DNA from: an uncultured Deinococcaceae bacterium
GTDB taxonomy: Bacteria; Deinococcota; Deinococci; Deinococcales; Deinococcaceae
DNA length: 64,000 bases
Reading direction: 5' to 3'
Assembly (NCBI GenBank): GCA_964252075.1
Contig: CAXULY010000015.1
Location: 1-64,000 of the forward strand
This document shows, one piece after another, positions 34,268 through 47,918 of the stretch. Under the pieces are notes generated by a model that worked only from the letters and a program-made list of their open reading frames with translations, made no database searches and was not told the origin of the DNA. The first letter of the stretch is position 1. Each line of letters opens with the position of its first letter. The position numbers and the translations under genes were made by a program.

Positions 34268-35320
34268 TCAGGTGCCGGGCTTTTTGGGGGGCTTCGTGGC
34301 GGCGGCGTACGCGTCGCGCGGGCCCTGCGGCACGTACCCCTGCCGCTGGTACAGGGCCAGCGCGCGCGTCAGGGTGCTGCGCGCCTCCGCCGCCTGACCT
34401 TCGCGCGCCAGCACCTGCCCGAGCGCGTAGGTCGCGAGGGGGTTCTGCGCGTTGTACTTCAGCGCCGTCCGGAAGAACCGCGCAGCGTTCGCGAGGCCCT
34501 CGGGCGTCTTCTGCGCCGCGAAGAACCCGCCGGGCGTGCGCTCGCCGCGGTAGTACGAGAACTGCGAGCGCAGGTACGCCGTGTCGAGCGGCCGCACCGC
34601 GCTCACCTTCAGCGCGTGGCCCTGCAGGTCGTGGTAACCGGTGATGGTGGCGTCCGCCGCGTAGGTGGGCTGCAGGAACGCGTACCCGTCCCCCACGCGC
34701 GCGAAGAGGCCCTGGTGCGTCACGAACGGCGTGGGGTCACTCGCGTCCACCAGCACGTCCCGCCCGTCGGAGAGGCGCAGGACCGTCACGGCGTGCCCCA
34801 TGTTGCTCCGCTGGCCCTGCGGGTTCGCCCACACCATGTCCACGCCCGCGGAGACGCCCATCTTCTGCAGCAGTGAGGTGATCAGCACGGACTGCAGCAG
34901 GCACTGCCGCTCGCCCGTCGTGGCGGCGCTCGTGAACTCGAAGCCACGCTCCAGGCTGAATTTCGGGATGGTCTGCTTGATCACGCGGTGCAGCCACGTG
35001 GCGGTCTGCAACTCCAGCTTGGCGCGCGCCTCCGGCATGCGGGCGGCGGCCAGTTCGCGCGCGCGGGCGTCCATGGCTTCCTCGAAGCCGAGGCCCTCGT
35101 GCCCTGGCAGGCGGTCGTCCCTGCTGGCGTACGCGCTGGTGAGCCAGCGGCTGAAATCCGCGGGGTTTTGACCGGTGAGCCGGTACGAGTCCGCCACGAA
35201 GGCGCCGAAGGTGGCGGAGCCGAAGGCGTAACGGGCGTCCGGCGGGGCGTCCGTCGCGGCGCCGCCCCGCCCCACGCCGGTCAGGGCCAGGGCCAGGAGC
35301 ATCATTGTGGGTCTGAACAT
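34268..35320 (-). CDS. Secreted protein with transglutaminase-like core and C-terminal TPR-like helices
   Basis: Signal peptide; RQCLLQSVLITSLLQKMGV..GHAVTVLRL..VLVDAS (Cys-His-Asp spacing); ATYALGQVLAREGQAAEA. Confidence 0.6.
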   Translation of the reverse strand: MFRPTMMLLALALTGVGRGGAATDAPPDARYAFGSATFGAFVADSYRLTGQNPADFSRWLTSAYASRDDRLPGHEGLGFEEAMDARARELAAARMPEARAKLELQTATWLHRVIKQTIPKFSLERGFEFTSAATTGERQCLLQSVLITSLLQKMGVSAGVDMVWANPQGQRSNMGHAVTVLRLSDGRDVLVDASDPTPFVTHQGLFARVGDGYAFLQPTYAADATITGYHDLQGHALKVSAVRPLDTAYLRSQFSYYRGERTPGGFFAAQKTPEGLANAARFFRTALKYNAQNPLATYALGQVLAREGQAAEARSTLTRALALYQRQGYVPQGPRDAYAAATKPPKKPGT

Positions 35321-35352
35321 GTGGGCCTCTCGGTGGGTGCGGGTCACGGGCG

Positions 35353-36507
35353 CTACAGCTTCCAGATCAGCTTCCGGCGCGCCATGATCCCCGTTACAGC
35401 CCACCACAGCGCGATGAACGCCAGCGTGTAGAGCAGGCCGCCCGCGACGCTCCCCAGGTGCGCGCGCCACACGGTCAGCAGGCTGTCCTGAATGGACGCC
35501 GCGCGGCCCGCCCAGCCCACCTGCCAGTCCTGCAGCACCCAGGTCTTGAACAGGATGGGCGCCACGTACGCGAAGAGCGCGTTGCGGCCCGGCCACGTGA
35601 AGGGCGCGAGCAGCGCCCTGCCCCAGCGGGCGCGCTCTAGAAGGGTGAAGGTCAGCACGCCGAGCGTCCCGAGGCCCCCCGCGTACAGGATGTAGCTGGG
35701 CGTCCAGAAGGCCTTGTTGAACTCGATCAGCACCGGCGTGAGGCTCAGACCGTACCCCAGCACGGCGAGCAGTAGGCCCCACCCCATGAGCCGCACCCAC
35801 ACCTGCCGACCCGCGCGGATGAGGTCCGCCGTGACCGCCCCGAACAGCACGAGCGCCGTGGTGGGCACTGCGGACAGCAGGCCCTTGAGGCCCAGCGGGG
35901 ACAGGTACGCGTCGTTCAGGGCGTCCACGGCGTTCAGGTTCTCCTGAAACACCCCCACCTGCCCGTTCGGGAGCGGCAGGAAATGAAAGAGCGCCTCATA
36001 CACCGCCAGCAGCGCGAAGGCCAGCGCCACCCGCGCCCACACCGGCAGGCGCTGCAGGAGCCCCGCCAGCAGCGACGCCACCGCGATGAGCTGCACCACC
36101 CCGAACCCCAGCGTGAAGGTGTGGTCCGCGACGCTCGTCACGAAGCACCCCACGAGGTACAGCAGCGCCGCGCGCCGCACGAGTTTCCACGCGAGCGCCC
36201 CACCGCGCACGCCCGCGCGCTCCGCAGCGGCCGTCGCGTACGGAATGGCGGCGCCCGCGCAGAACAGGAACCACGGGAACACCATGTCCGTGAGGGTGAG
36301 GTGCCCACCCCACGGCGCGTGCATCAGCGCGGTGGGGGTGTGCGCGCCCAGCGTGGCGTTGTTCACCAGCCACATGACCACGATGGTGAGGCCCCGCCAG
36401 GCGTCCAGCGCGACCAGGCGGCCCGCGCGGGTGGTGGCGGGCGCCGCACCCTGCGTGCCGGGCGGCGTTTCGGTGGGGACGGCGGTGGGGCGCTGGACCT
36501 GGGACAT
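35353..36507 (-). CDS. HGSNAT/NagX-like membrane acyltransferase (DUF5009/DUF1624)
   Basis: RLVALDAWRGLTI, HAPWGG.LTLTDMVFPWFLF, GVVQLIA, FNKAFWTPSY, GRNAL. Confidence 0.88.
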   Translation of the reverse strand: MSQVQRPTAVPTETPPGTQGAAPATTRAGRLVALDAWRGLTIVVMWLVNNATLGAHTPTALMHAPWGGHLTLTDMVFPWFLFCAGAAIPYATAAAERAGVRGGALAWKLVRRAALLYLVGCFVTSVADHTFTLGFGVVQLIAVASLLAGLLQRLPVWARVALAFALLAVYEALFHFLPLPNGQVGVFQENLNAVDALNDAYLSPLGLKGLLSAVPTTALVLFGAVTADLIRAGRQVWVRLMGWGLLLAVLGYGLSLTPVLIEFNKAFWTPSYILYAGGLGTLGVLTFTLLERARWGRALLAPFTWPGRNALFAYVAPILFKTWVLQDWQVGWAGRAASIQDSLLTVWRAHLGSVAGGLLYTLAFIALWWAVTGIMARRKLIWKL

Positions 36508-36602
36508 GGCTGACCTCGCGGGGCGCCCGCGCGCGCGGGCGTTCGCCGTTCACTGTGGCGGGTGAAGTGAAAGCCAGCCTGAAAGCGCGCCTTGAGGGTT
36601 CC

Positions 36603-37079
36603 TTAGGGGCGCGCGCCGCTCAGGTCCGCGGCCTGCGGCTCGTAGTGCGCGGCGTAGGCGGAGCTCATCAGGGTGAGGTTCTGTCCGGCGCTCGCCGCGA
36701 GGTTGCCTTTCAGCGGTCCGTCCGTGATGACGTACAGGGTCTTGCCCTGCCACGCGCCCACCGCCCGCACCGCGCCGCCCGCGTAGGCCTTCACGGGCTC
36801 CTGGATGGCGGTGAGGTCCGCGCGCCACGACAGCACCCGCAGGTCCGTGTCGTAGGTGACGCTCAGTCCGCCCGCCTTGACGGGCGGGTGCTGACTCCAG
36901 ACCGTGACCTTGCGCAGGCGGTCGGGGAGGCGCGTGCGCTGGTCGGCGGTGCGGTCCAGCGACCCCGTGATCGCCAGCATCAGCTGCGCTTCGCTGCTGG
37001 GCGCGCCGCGCGGCCCGCACGCGGCGAGTCCCACGGCGAGCGGCGCGGTCAGCAGGGCCAGGGCGAGGGGACGCTTCAC
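36603..37079 (-). CDS. Hypothetical lipoprotein
   Basis: VKRPLALALLTAPLAVGLAAC lipobox; TAGCGT 7 nt before GTG 37079. Confidence 0.72.
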   Translation of the reverse strand: MKRPLALALLTAPLAVGLAACGPRGAPSSEAQLMLAITGSLDRTADQRTRLPDRLRKVTVWSQHPPVKAGGLSVTYDTDLRVLSWRADLTAIQEPVKAYAGGAVRAVGAWQGKTLYVITDGPLKGNLAASAGQNLTLMSSAYAAHYEPQAADLSGARP

Positions 37080-37129
37080 GCCTGACACGCTACCGGGAAC
37101 ACCCCAGGACAAATGTGCGTACCTGGGGC

Positions 37130-37618
37130 ATGGGCAGCTTGGATGGACGGGTGGGCGGCATACAGCTCGGGTACGACCTGCACCTCAGCTGGGACGGCGC
37201 GCAGCTGACCGGCCGGGTGGGTGGGGCGCTGCAGGGCAAGGACGTGCACCTGCGGCTCGCGGCGGGCGAGGTGAGCGGCCGGGTGGGCGGGGCGTCCCTG
37301 GGCTTCGACGTGCGCGGCGCGATCTCGTCCGCCGGGGCCGCGCTGCGGCTGGGCGGCGAGCTGATCGGGGAGGACCTGCGTTTCGCCGCGGCGGACCGCG
37401 AGTTGAGCGGGCGCCTCGGTGGGGGCGCCATCGGCAAGGACGTGCACCTCACCTGGACTGGCGAGGAACTGCTGGGGCGCATCGGGGGCGCCTTCGAGGG
37501 CAAGGACGTGCGCGTGGCGTGCCAGGGCGTCCCGCCGGAACTCGCGGCGCTGGCCGCGGTCCTCACGTACAAGGCGCTGGAGGACGACGAGAACAGCAGC
37601 GTCAGCAGGTCCAGCTGA
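37130..37618 (+). CDS. Hypothetical protein with six ~22-aa GR(V/L/I)GG..G.D repeats
   Basis: Repeats visible in the translation; GC-rich third codon positions. Confidence 0.75.
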   Translation: MGSLDGRVGGIQLGYDLHLSWDGAQLTGRVGGALQGKDVHLRLAAGEVSGRVGGASLGFDVRGAISSAGAALRLGGELIGEDLRFAAADRELSGRLGGGAIGKDVHLTWTGEELLGRIGGAFEGKDVRVACQGVPPELAALAAVLTYKALEDDENSSVSRSS

Positions 37619-37773
37619 GGGCGCGCGTGAGGTGAACTGTCATTCGCCTGACCCATGAAGGTCCCCCGGGCGCTATCATGCCTTCTGGTTTCGCACGGCG
37701 TCTTGCGTGCCCCGCTTGAGGGCCGCGACACCCGCGCACGGCGAGCCTCTATCCCCCCCGGAGGACGCCTGAT

Positions 37774-39684
<1,911 letters not shown>

Positions 39685-39695
39685 GCCGTGACCGC

Positions 39696-40994
39696 GTGAA
39701 GGGACACCCGCGCGGCCACGAGGGGCGCGGTGGGCGGCACCGTCCGCCCCCCGCGCCATCGCCCATGCAGGACCTCGAACTCGGCATCGAGAAGCTCGTG
39801 ACGGGCGGTCTGGGCCTCGCGCGGGATGAGCGCGGCGTGCTGCTTGTGGCGGGCGCCTTGCCGGGCGAGCGGGTGCTGGCGCGCGTGCAGGAGGCGCGCG
39901 GCGTGCGCCAGGGGCACGTGCTGGAGGTGCTGGAGGCGAGCCCCGAGCGGGTGCCCGCCCCGGACCTCCCCACCGCGGACCTCGCGCACGCCCGCTACGA
40001 TGCGCAGCTCGCGTTCAAGCGCGGCTTCGTGCAGGAGGCCCTCGCGCGCATCGCGCACCTCGCGCACAGCGTGGCGCCCACCGTGCCCAGCCCGGGCGAG
40101 TGGGCGTACCGCAACACCGCGCAGTACCTCGTGACGCCGCGCGGCCTCGCGTACCGCGAGCGGCGCGGCCACGCCCCCCTCGCGCTCGACGACGACCCGC
40201 TGGTGCTGGACGCCCTCGCGGACTTCGCGGGTCAGCTGGACGCGGGCGCGCTGGCGCCCGCGCGGGAACTCGCGCTGCGCGCCAGCCTCGACACGGGCGA
40301 GGTGGTCGCGGCGCTCATCGGGGAGGGCGAGCCGCGCGCGTTCCTGCGCGCGAGCGACCACCTGCTCTCGGCGGGCGCGGTCGGCGTGAGCCTCGCCGCG
40401 CCCGCCGGGCGGCGCTTCAGTGCGGGCGTGCGGCTCATCGCGGGCGAACCCGAGGTGCTGGAACGCTACGGCGACGTGCGCGTCAGCGTGAGCGCCACGG
40501 GCTTCGCGCAGGTGAACCCCGAGGCGGCCGGCGAACTGTACCGCGCGGCGGCCACCCTGGCGGGTTCCGGCGCGCGCGCCGTGGACCTGTACGGCGGCTC
40601 CGGCGCCATCGCGCGGCACCTCGCGCAGCGCTTCGGGCGCGTGATGGTGCTGGACGTGGCGGGCGAGGCGCTCGCGCGCGGGCGCCGGGACTGCGCGCGT
40701 GAGGGCACCACGAACGTCACGTACCGCCGGGGGGACGCCGCGGACCTCACGGACCTCGGGCCGCTGGACGCCGTGATCGTGGACCCCCCGCGCGCCGGAC
40801 TGGACCAGAGCGCGCGGGACGCGCTGCACGCCAGCAGCACCCGGCGCCTCGTGTACGTCTCGTGCGACCCCGCCACCTGGGCGCGTGACGTCGGGGACCT
40901 CGTGCGGCGCGGCTGGCAGCTGGGCGAAGTCACGCCCTACGACTTCTACCCGCAGACCAGCCACGTCGAGGTGCTGAGCGTCCTCACGCGCTGA
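39696..40994 (+). CDS. TRAM-domain RNA (uracil-C5) methyltransferase, RlmD/TrmA family
   Basis: [45 protein letters not shown]. Start may be ATG 39765. Confidence 0.9.
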   Translation: MKGHPRGHEGRGGRHRPPPAPSPMQDLELGIEKLVTGGLGLARDERGVLLVAGALPGERVLARVQEARGVRQGHVLEVLEASPERVPAPDLPTADLAHARYDAQLAFKRGFVQEALARIAHLAHSVAPTVPSPGEWAYRNTAQYLVTPRGLAYRERRGHAPLALDDDPLVLDALADFAGQLDAGALAPARELALRASLDTGEVVAALIGEGEPRAFLRASDHLLSAGAVGVSLAAPAGRRFSAGVRLIAGEPEVLERYGDVRVSVSATGFAQVNPEAAGELYRAAATLAGSGARAVDLYGGSGAIARHLAQRFGRVMVLDVAGEALARGRRDCAREGTTNVTYRRGDAADLTDLGPLDAVIVDPPRAGLDQSARDALHASSTRRLVYVSCDPATWARDVGDLVRRGWQLGEVTPYDFYPQTSHVEVLSVLTR

Positions 40995-41000
40995 GCGCGC

Positions 41001-41474
41001 TCAGCTCTGGTTCGTCTGATCGGTGGGCAGCCCGCCGTCCGCCAGCACGATGGTGAACAGCGCGACGTTCCCCGCCGGGTCGAAGCCCACCACCACCGAC
41101 CACGCCTCCTGCGGGTGGCCGGAGAAGACCGCGGTGCGCACGTACACCGTCAGGTCGTCCTGACGCGTCACCTCTTCCTTCAGCACGCGCGCTTCCTGCC
41201 CGTATTCCTGCACGCCCGCCTGCCGGTACGCGCGGAAGGCGTCCAGGCTGCCCCAGGTGGCCTGCATGTCCGGCGTGAAGGCGTTCCACAGGGGTTCCAC
41301 CTGCACGGCGTAGAAGGACTTCACGAGCGCCTGGGCGCGCGCCATGGCGTCCTTCTGCCCTTGCGGTGACGGCGCGGCCTTCGGCGGCAGGGCCGGCACC
41401 GCGGGCGTGGCGGCCGCCACGCCGCCCGAAATGCTGGTGCCCAGAATGAAAGCCAACAGGATTGTGCGAACCAT
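41001..41474 (-). CDS. Secreted hypothetical protein
   Basis: GGAGG RBS, signal peptide MVRTILLAFILG, small alpha/beta domain. Confidence 0.72.
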   Translation of the reverse strand: MVRTILLAFILGTSISGGVAAATPAVPALPPKAAPSPQGQKDAMARAQALVKSFYAVQVEPLWNAFTPDMQATWGSLDAFRAYRQAGVQEYGQEARVLKEEVTRQDDLTVYVRTAVFSGHPQEAWSVVVGFDPAGNVALFTIVLADGGLPTDQTNQS

Positions 41475-41641
41475 ACTGCCTCCCGGGCGCTGGCGGGCGG
41501 AACAGGGTGGCCGGGCGGCGCCTGCGGGCGGACCAACGCTCTCCTCAGAGCGTAGGCGTCCGGCGGGTGCGCGTGTGAAGGGTTTCTTGCAAAAAAATAC
41601 AGGCTGGCGCCCCACGGCTGGGTGCCAGCCCGCTCCCGCGC

Positions 41642-42172
41642 TCAGGGTGTGGGGATGCCGTGCAGCTGCACGGCGTCAATCTCCTCGTAGGCGTCCGGGT
41701 TGTGGTCCGGGTCAATGACGACCTTCACCGATTTGACGAGGTACGGGGTGCTGGGGAAGCGCGCGATGAAGTTCACGGTGTAGTTCGGCTGCGCGGTGTC
41801 CCGACCCGCCCACACCTGATGCACGCCGCCCCGCGTGTCAATCGCGAAGATCTTGCGCACGAAGCCGTTGCCGTAGGTCTCGCGCACCAGCACCGCCGAC
41901 GCGTGCACGGGCGTCGTGAAGGACACCGTGATGGACTGCACCACGCCGTTCTTGCTGGCGGGCGCCCAGGCGCTGCTGTTGTCGCCGTACGCCATGGTGT
42001 TCGGTTCGCCGAGGGCCTGCCGGGCGGCCCAGCCGTCTTGGCTGTACTCGGAGCTGCGCGTGACCACGCCGCTCGCCCACTGCTTGAGCGCGTCGGTCTG
42101 CGCGAGGGCGCCGGAGCTGAGCACGAGGGCGCCCAGCAGGGCGGGGGTGAGGGTTCGGGTGTGCTTCGTCAT
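41642..42172 (-). CDS. Secreted single-domain protein (discoidin/pappalysin-type jelly roll-like)
   Basis: Signal peptide; QWASGVVTRSSEYS..WAARQALGEPN..AWAP, ETYGNGFV, EIDAVQLHG. Confidence 0.72.
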   Translation of the reverse strand: MTKHTRTLTPALLGALVLSSGALAQTDALKQWASGVVTRSSEYSQDGWAARQALGEPNTMAYGDNSSAWAPASKNGVVQSITVSFTTPVHASAVLVRETYGNGFVRKIFAIDTRGGVHQVWAGRDTAQPNYTVNFIARFPSTPYLVKSVKVVIDPDHNPDAYEEIDAVQLHGIPTP

Positions 42173-42243
42173 GGGTGATCCTCCGTGGCCCGGTCGGCCA
42201 GGAGCAGCGTAGGGAACCCCCCCTGAATCCGGTCTGAACGACG

Positions 42244-42277
42244 CGAGGCCGGGACCCCCGCGGGGATCCCGGCCTCG
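42244..42277. terminator. Hairpin downstream of the E2-like gene
   Basis: CGAGGCCGGGACCCC / GGGGATCCCGGCCTCG near-perfect stem. Confidence 0.5.
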
Positions 42278-42288
42278 GTGCGCGTGAC

Positions 42289-44094
42289 TTAGAACAGCAG
42301 CTTGATGGGGGTCTGCAGGAGGTCCGCGACGCCCTGCAGGAAGGCCGCGCCCGCCTGCGCGTTCACCGCGCCCGTCAGGGTGAGGGCCGCGCGGTCACCC
42401 TCGTGGCGCCCCAGGCTGAGGGTGGCGAGGTCACCGAGCAGGTGCAGTTCGTCCATGCCGAGCTGTCCGGCGTCCACGACCATCAGGTCCGCCCAGTCGC
42501 CCAGCTCGCCCGCGTGGTACTCGTGCACCGCCGCGCGGAAGTCCGCGCCGTGCAGGGCGCGGCTGGCGCGCGCCGAGACGGTGTCCCCGAGGTGCGCCAC
42601 GCCGACGCTCGTGAAGCCCAGCTGACCCAGCTGGCGGGCGGCGGCGCGCGCCACCAGCACTTCGGCGGGCACCGCGTGCCCCAGGTGATCCCCGAGGTGA
42701 CTGCCCGCTTCGTCCAGCGCGCGGGTGTCCACCGTGAGGCGCAGGTGCACGCCCTGGCGGGCGCCCAGGCTCTGGTGCGCCACGGCCGCCGGAACGACCG
42801 GCGCGGGCGTGGTGACCGCCTCGTGCACGACCGGCTCGGGCGCCGGGATGGGCGCCACGACGAGCGTGGTCGGTTCGGGCGTGACGTGATGCACGGGCTC
42901 CGGCTCGAAGATGGGCGCTTCGTGCGCGGCCTCCACGGGCTCCGGCTCGAACACCGGCTCGGGCTCGGGCTCGCGGACCGCCTCCACGACGGGCGCTTCG
43001 GCCTCCAGGGTGGCGGGCAGGGGGGCCGGCTCGGCCTCCAGCACCTGCTCGTCCCGCACGGGATCCGCGACCAGCGGGGCGCTCGCGGTGTACTCCTCGA
43101 CGTGCGACTCGACCGGCGCGGCCTCCACCGGCGCGCCCAGCATGGGCTGCTCAATGGTGTCCTGCTGCGCGACCGCCTCGAACACCGGGCTTTCCTCGAC
43201 GTGCGCTTGGTACGGCGCCGCGACCGGAGCGGCGGGGATAGAGGTGGGCGCCACCTCGGTGTGCTGAGGCTCGGCGGGGGCGTCCTTGCGCTTGTACAGG
43301 CGCGACAGCAGGCCGCCCAGACCGAAACCGCCAGGCTGCGTGGCGGGCTCCTGCGGTTCGGGCGTGGCGGCGCTCGCCGCGAACGGCTGAACGGGCTCCA
43401 CAGCTGCGGGCGTGAACGGCGCGGCGCTCGGTGCGGCCACGTCGTCCATGCGGCGGTCCTCGGCGTGCAGGGCGGGCGCGAGCACCACCTCGGTGTCCGG
43501 CGCGCCCTCCAGGACGTCCATCGGCGCCTCGTGCGCGGCGACCGGCGCCTGGAAGGCCTCCAGTTGGGCGGGCGCTTCCTCCTCGACCGGCGCGACGAAC
43601 GCCGGGCTGGGCGCGCTGACCGGCTCGGCCTCGAACGCCGGGTGGTCCATCAGGACGGGCTGTGTCGCCACGTCCTGCGCTGCGGCGTCATGCCCGTAAT
43701 CCTGGCCGCCCAGGTCGGGCGTCAGGTCGTCGTCCAGCTCGAAATCCATGGCGTCCTGGTCGAGGTCCCCGGCGGGGACGGTGCCGGGCACGCTGTGAAC
43801 CGGGCTGGCCGCAGGCTTGCTGCTGCTCGCCACGAAATCGGTGATGTCACTCTCGATGCCGGCCTGCGCCATCATTTCCATGCTGGGCATGGGGGGCATC
43901 TCGCCGGTCCAGTCGGGCGGCGGCTCGTCCACGGGCGTGCTCGGCGGCTCTTCCTCGCCGTTCATCACGCGCATCAGGTAGTTCAGGATGTCCTGCTCGA
44001 CGATGGTGCCGTCCTCGCCACTGCCCTGAATGCTGCGCCAGTCTATTCCGTTCGCTTCGGCCAGAATTTTGGCCATTGGAGCGATCATCTCCAT
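42289..44094 (-). CDS. E3-binding (PSBD) domain protein with long acidic linker and degenerate 2-oxoacid dehydrogenase acyltransferase domain
   Basis: IAPMAKILAEANGIDWRSIQGSGEDGTIVEQDI (PSBD); C-terminus ...AAFLQGVADLLQTPIKLLF resembles E2 but lacks DHRxxDG. Confidence 0.8.
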   Translation of the reverse strand: MEMIAPMAKILAEANGIDWRSIQGSGEDGTIVEQDILNYLMRVMNGEEEPPSTPVDEPPPDWTGEMPPMPSMEMMAQAGIESDITDFVASSSKPAASPVHSVPGTVPAGDLDQDAMDFELDDDLTPDLGGQDYGHDAAAQDVATQPVLMDHPAFEAEPVSAPSPAFVAPVEEEAPAQLEAFQAPVAAHEAPMDVLEGAPDTEVVLAPALHAEDRRMDDVAAPSAAPFTPAAVEPVQPFAASAATPEPQEPATQPGGFGLGGLLSRLYKRKDAPAEPQHTEVAPTSIPAAPVAAPYQAHVEESPVFEAVAQQDTIEQPMLGAPVEAAPVESHVEEYTASAPLVADPVRDEQVLEAEPAPLPATLEAEAPVVEAVREPEPEPVFEPEPVEAAHEAPIFEPEPVHHVTPEPTTLVVAPIPAPEPVVHEAVTTPAPVVPAAVAHQSLGARQGVHLRLTVDTRALDEAGSHLGDHLGHAVPAEVLVARAAARQLGQLGFTSVGVAHLGDTVSARASRALHGADFRAAVHEYHAGELGDWADLMVVDAGQLGMDELHLLGDLATLSLGRHEGDRAALTLTGAVNAQAGAAFLQGVADLLQTPIKLLF

Positions 44095-44342
44095 GTGATT
44101 CGGTCCCCTTTCGACGCCAGTGTAAGTCATTTCTGAAAGTGTACGGACAAAAATCTTTCGGCTTTCTGACAAGCCAGGACGCGCTCCAGCCGCACACGCG
44201 CCACATCCAACATGAGAGACCCAAGAACAGCTTGAGGATTGAATGAGCTTCCTGAGCGTGCAGGGCGGCGTCTGGCGCGCGTGCTAGGCTGCCTCTCGAC
44301 ACGCCCCGCCAGGACGCGCGGGCGCCACGAGGCGAATGACAC

Positions 44343-46006
<1,664 letters not shown>

Positions 46007-46082
46007 CGCGGGCGCCTGGGCTGGGCAGGCCCCACCTCTCCATCACGCGCGACAGGTATCTTGGGGCGAGGAGAAACGCGCT

Positions 46083-47918
46083 TTGACCCGACCCACCCGA
46101 TCCCCCCTGCAACTCGCGCTGCTGGTCCTGCTGGCCCTGAGCCTGATTCCCGGCCTGTGGCTCGCCATCACCCGCGTGCGCTTCGAAAACGCCGAGAAGA
46201 GCCTCGCCCTCGTCATCGATTACCAGTCGCTGGTGCAGCAGGCCCGCCAGAACGGCCGCACACCCATCGACCTGCTCGCGCACTACCGCTCGGAGGGCGT
46301 GAACGGCGTCGCCGTGTACGAGGACGTGGTGGGCGACCGCGTGCAGGACGGCAGCGTGTTGTACCGCTGGGGCGCCGACCTGCTCGCGCAGTACCCGGAC
46401 AGCGGCGCCAAACCCAACTGGTACTACCTGCGCTCCGTGAAGCCCGGCGTGGCCGAGCGCCTCGCCACCCTCTACACCATCCCCACCGAGACCCGTCAGG
46501 CGGGCGGGCTGTCCTGGGTGGGCTGGCCCGCCTCGCCCCTCAGCCTGCCCGCCGGGCCGGACACCGCCCTCATCAACCAGCTCAAGGGCGCCGGGTACGT
46601 GGTCATGTACCGCCCCTTCGACTACTCCGCCGTGAAGAACCTCGCCGGGAACTGGCCGGACGTGCCCTTCCTGGCCTTCAACGGCCTGAAGGTGGTGGGC
46701 GCGGGCAGCCCCGCCAAGCTCAAGGTGGTGTCCGAACGCCTCGGGAACCGCATCCCGGCGGTCATCGAGTCCACCGACCAGAAGGGCATGGATTACCTGC
46801 TGCGCGACCACCAGGGCGCGCGCATGTTCAGCCTCAACGCCACGTGGCAGACGCTGCTGGCGCCCGAGGAGACCGCCGACAAGTACGTGCTGGCCGCCCG
46901 CGAGCGCACGCAGCGGCTGCTGTACGTCCGCCCCTACGAGACCATCGCGGACACCGACGCCTTCCTGACGCGCACCGTGGCCGGCATCCGCAAGGCCGGC
47001 ATTCAGATCGGCGTGCCCAGCATCAGCAGTTACGAGCCGTCCAGCGCGCTGCGCTGGCTGAGCCTGCTCGGGCCCCTCGCGGCGCTCGGCCTGCTCGCCC
47101 TCAGCTATCCCCTCACGCGCCTCGGCTGGATCGTCGCGGTGCTCACGCTGCTCGCCGTGGTGGGCTACAACGGCGGCGACCCCTTCGCGTCCGGCGCGCT
47201 CCTCGCCGCCGTCACCTTCCCCGCGCTCGGCCTCGCCCTGCGCCGCGAGCGCCCCACCGACTGGCTGATCGCCACGGGCTTCTCGCTCCTCGGCATTCTG
47301 TTCGTGAGCGGTCTCGGCGCGGACCGCCTCAGCATGCTGGGCCTCGACCCCTTCCGCGGTGTGGGCCTCACCCTGGTGCTGCCCCTCGCGCTCTTCGCGC
47401 TCTCGCTGCTGCCCCGCCAGGACATTCGCAAGACCGCCTACGACCTGTACCGCACGCCCCTCAGCCTCGGGGACATCGCCATCATCCTCGTCGCGCTCGC
47501 CATCATCGCGCTCGTCGTGCTGCGCCGCGGCAACACCCCCGCCGTCGGCGTGAGCGCCACCGAAGCGAAGGTGCGCGCTGCCCTCCAGGACACCATCATC
47601 CGCCCGCGCTTCAAGGAACTCGCCGGGCACCCCCTCGCCATCCTCGGGCTCTCCAGACGCTTCCCGCCGTACTTCACCAATCTCCTCCTCATCGGCGGCG
47701 TGGTCGGGCAGTCCAGCATCCTGAACACCTTCAGTCACTTCCACACGCCGCTCCTCATCAGCCTGCAGCGCGCCATCAACGGCGTCCTGATCGGCGGCGT
47801 GATCGGCTTCGTGCTCATCCCGCTCGTCACGTGGGCCATCCGGTACTTCAAGCAGGGCGTCCCGCCACGCGGCGCGGGCGGCGAGGCGGTGCTGGCCGCG
47901 CCCGAGGGCCGCGCTTGA
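46083..47918 (+). CDS. DUF5693-like membrane protein
   Basis: AARERTQRLLYVRP, FRGVGL, RRGN, IRPRFKEL.GHP, SILNTFSHFHTP; coupled to csaB. Confidence 0.8.
   Translation: MTRPTRSPLQLALLVLLALSLIPGLWLAITRVRFENAEKSLALVIDYQSLVQQARQNGRTPIDLLAHYRSEGVNGVAVYEDVVGDRVQDGSVLYRWGADLLAQYPDSGAKPNWYYLRSVKPGVAERLATLYTIPTETRQAGGLSWVGWPASPLSLPAGPDTALINQLKGAGYVVMYRPFDYSAVKNLAGNWPDVPFLAFNGLKVVGAGSPAKLKVVSERLGNRIPAVIESTDQKGMDYLLRDHQGARMFSLNATWQTLLAPEETADKYVLAARERTQRLLYVRPYETIADTDAFLTRTVAGIRKAGIQIGVPSISSYEPSSALRWLSLLGPLAALGLLALSYPLTRLGWIVAVLTLLAVVGYNGGDPFASGALLAAVTFPALGLALRRERPTDWLIATGFSLLGILFVSGLGADRLSMLGLDPFRGVGLTLVLPLALFALSLLPRQDIRKTAYDLYRTPLSLGDIAIILVALAIIALVVLRRGNTPAVGVSATEAKVRAALQDTIIRPRFKELAGHPLAILGLSRRFPPYFTNLLLIGGVVGQSSILNTFSHFHTPLLISLQRAINGVLIGGVIGFVLIPLVTWAIRYFKQGVPPRGAGGEAVLAAPEGRA

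Noticed and set aside
42780..43700. Tandem DNA repeat or CRISPR-like array
   Set aside because: The repetitiveness comes from EP/AP-rich low-complexity coding sequence; there is no repeat-spacer periodicity and no cas gene.
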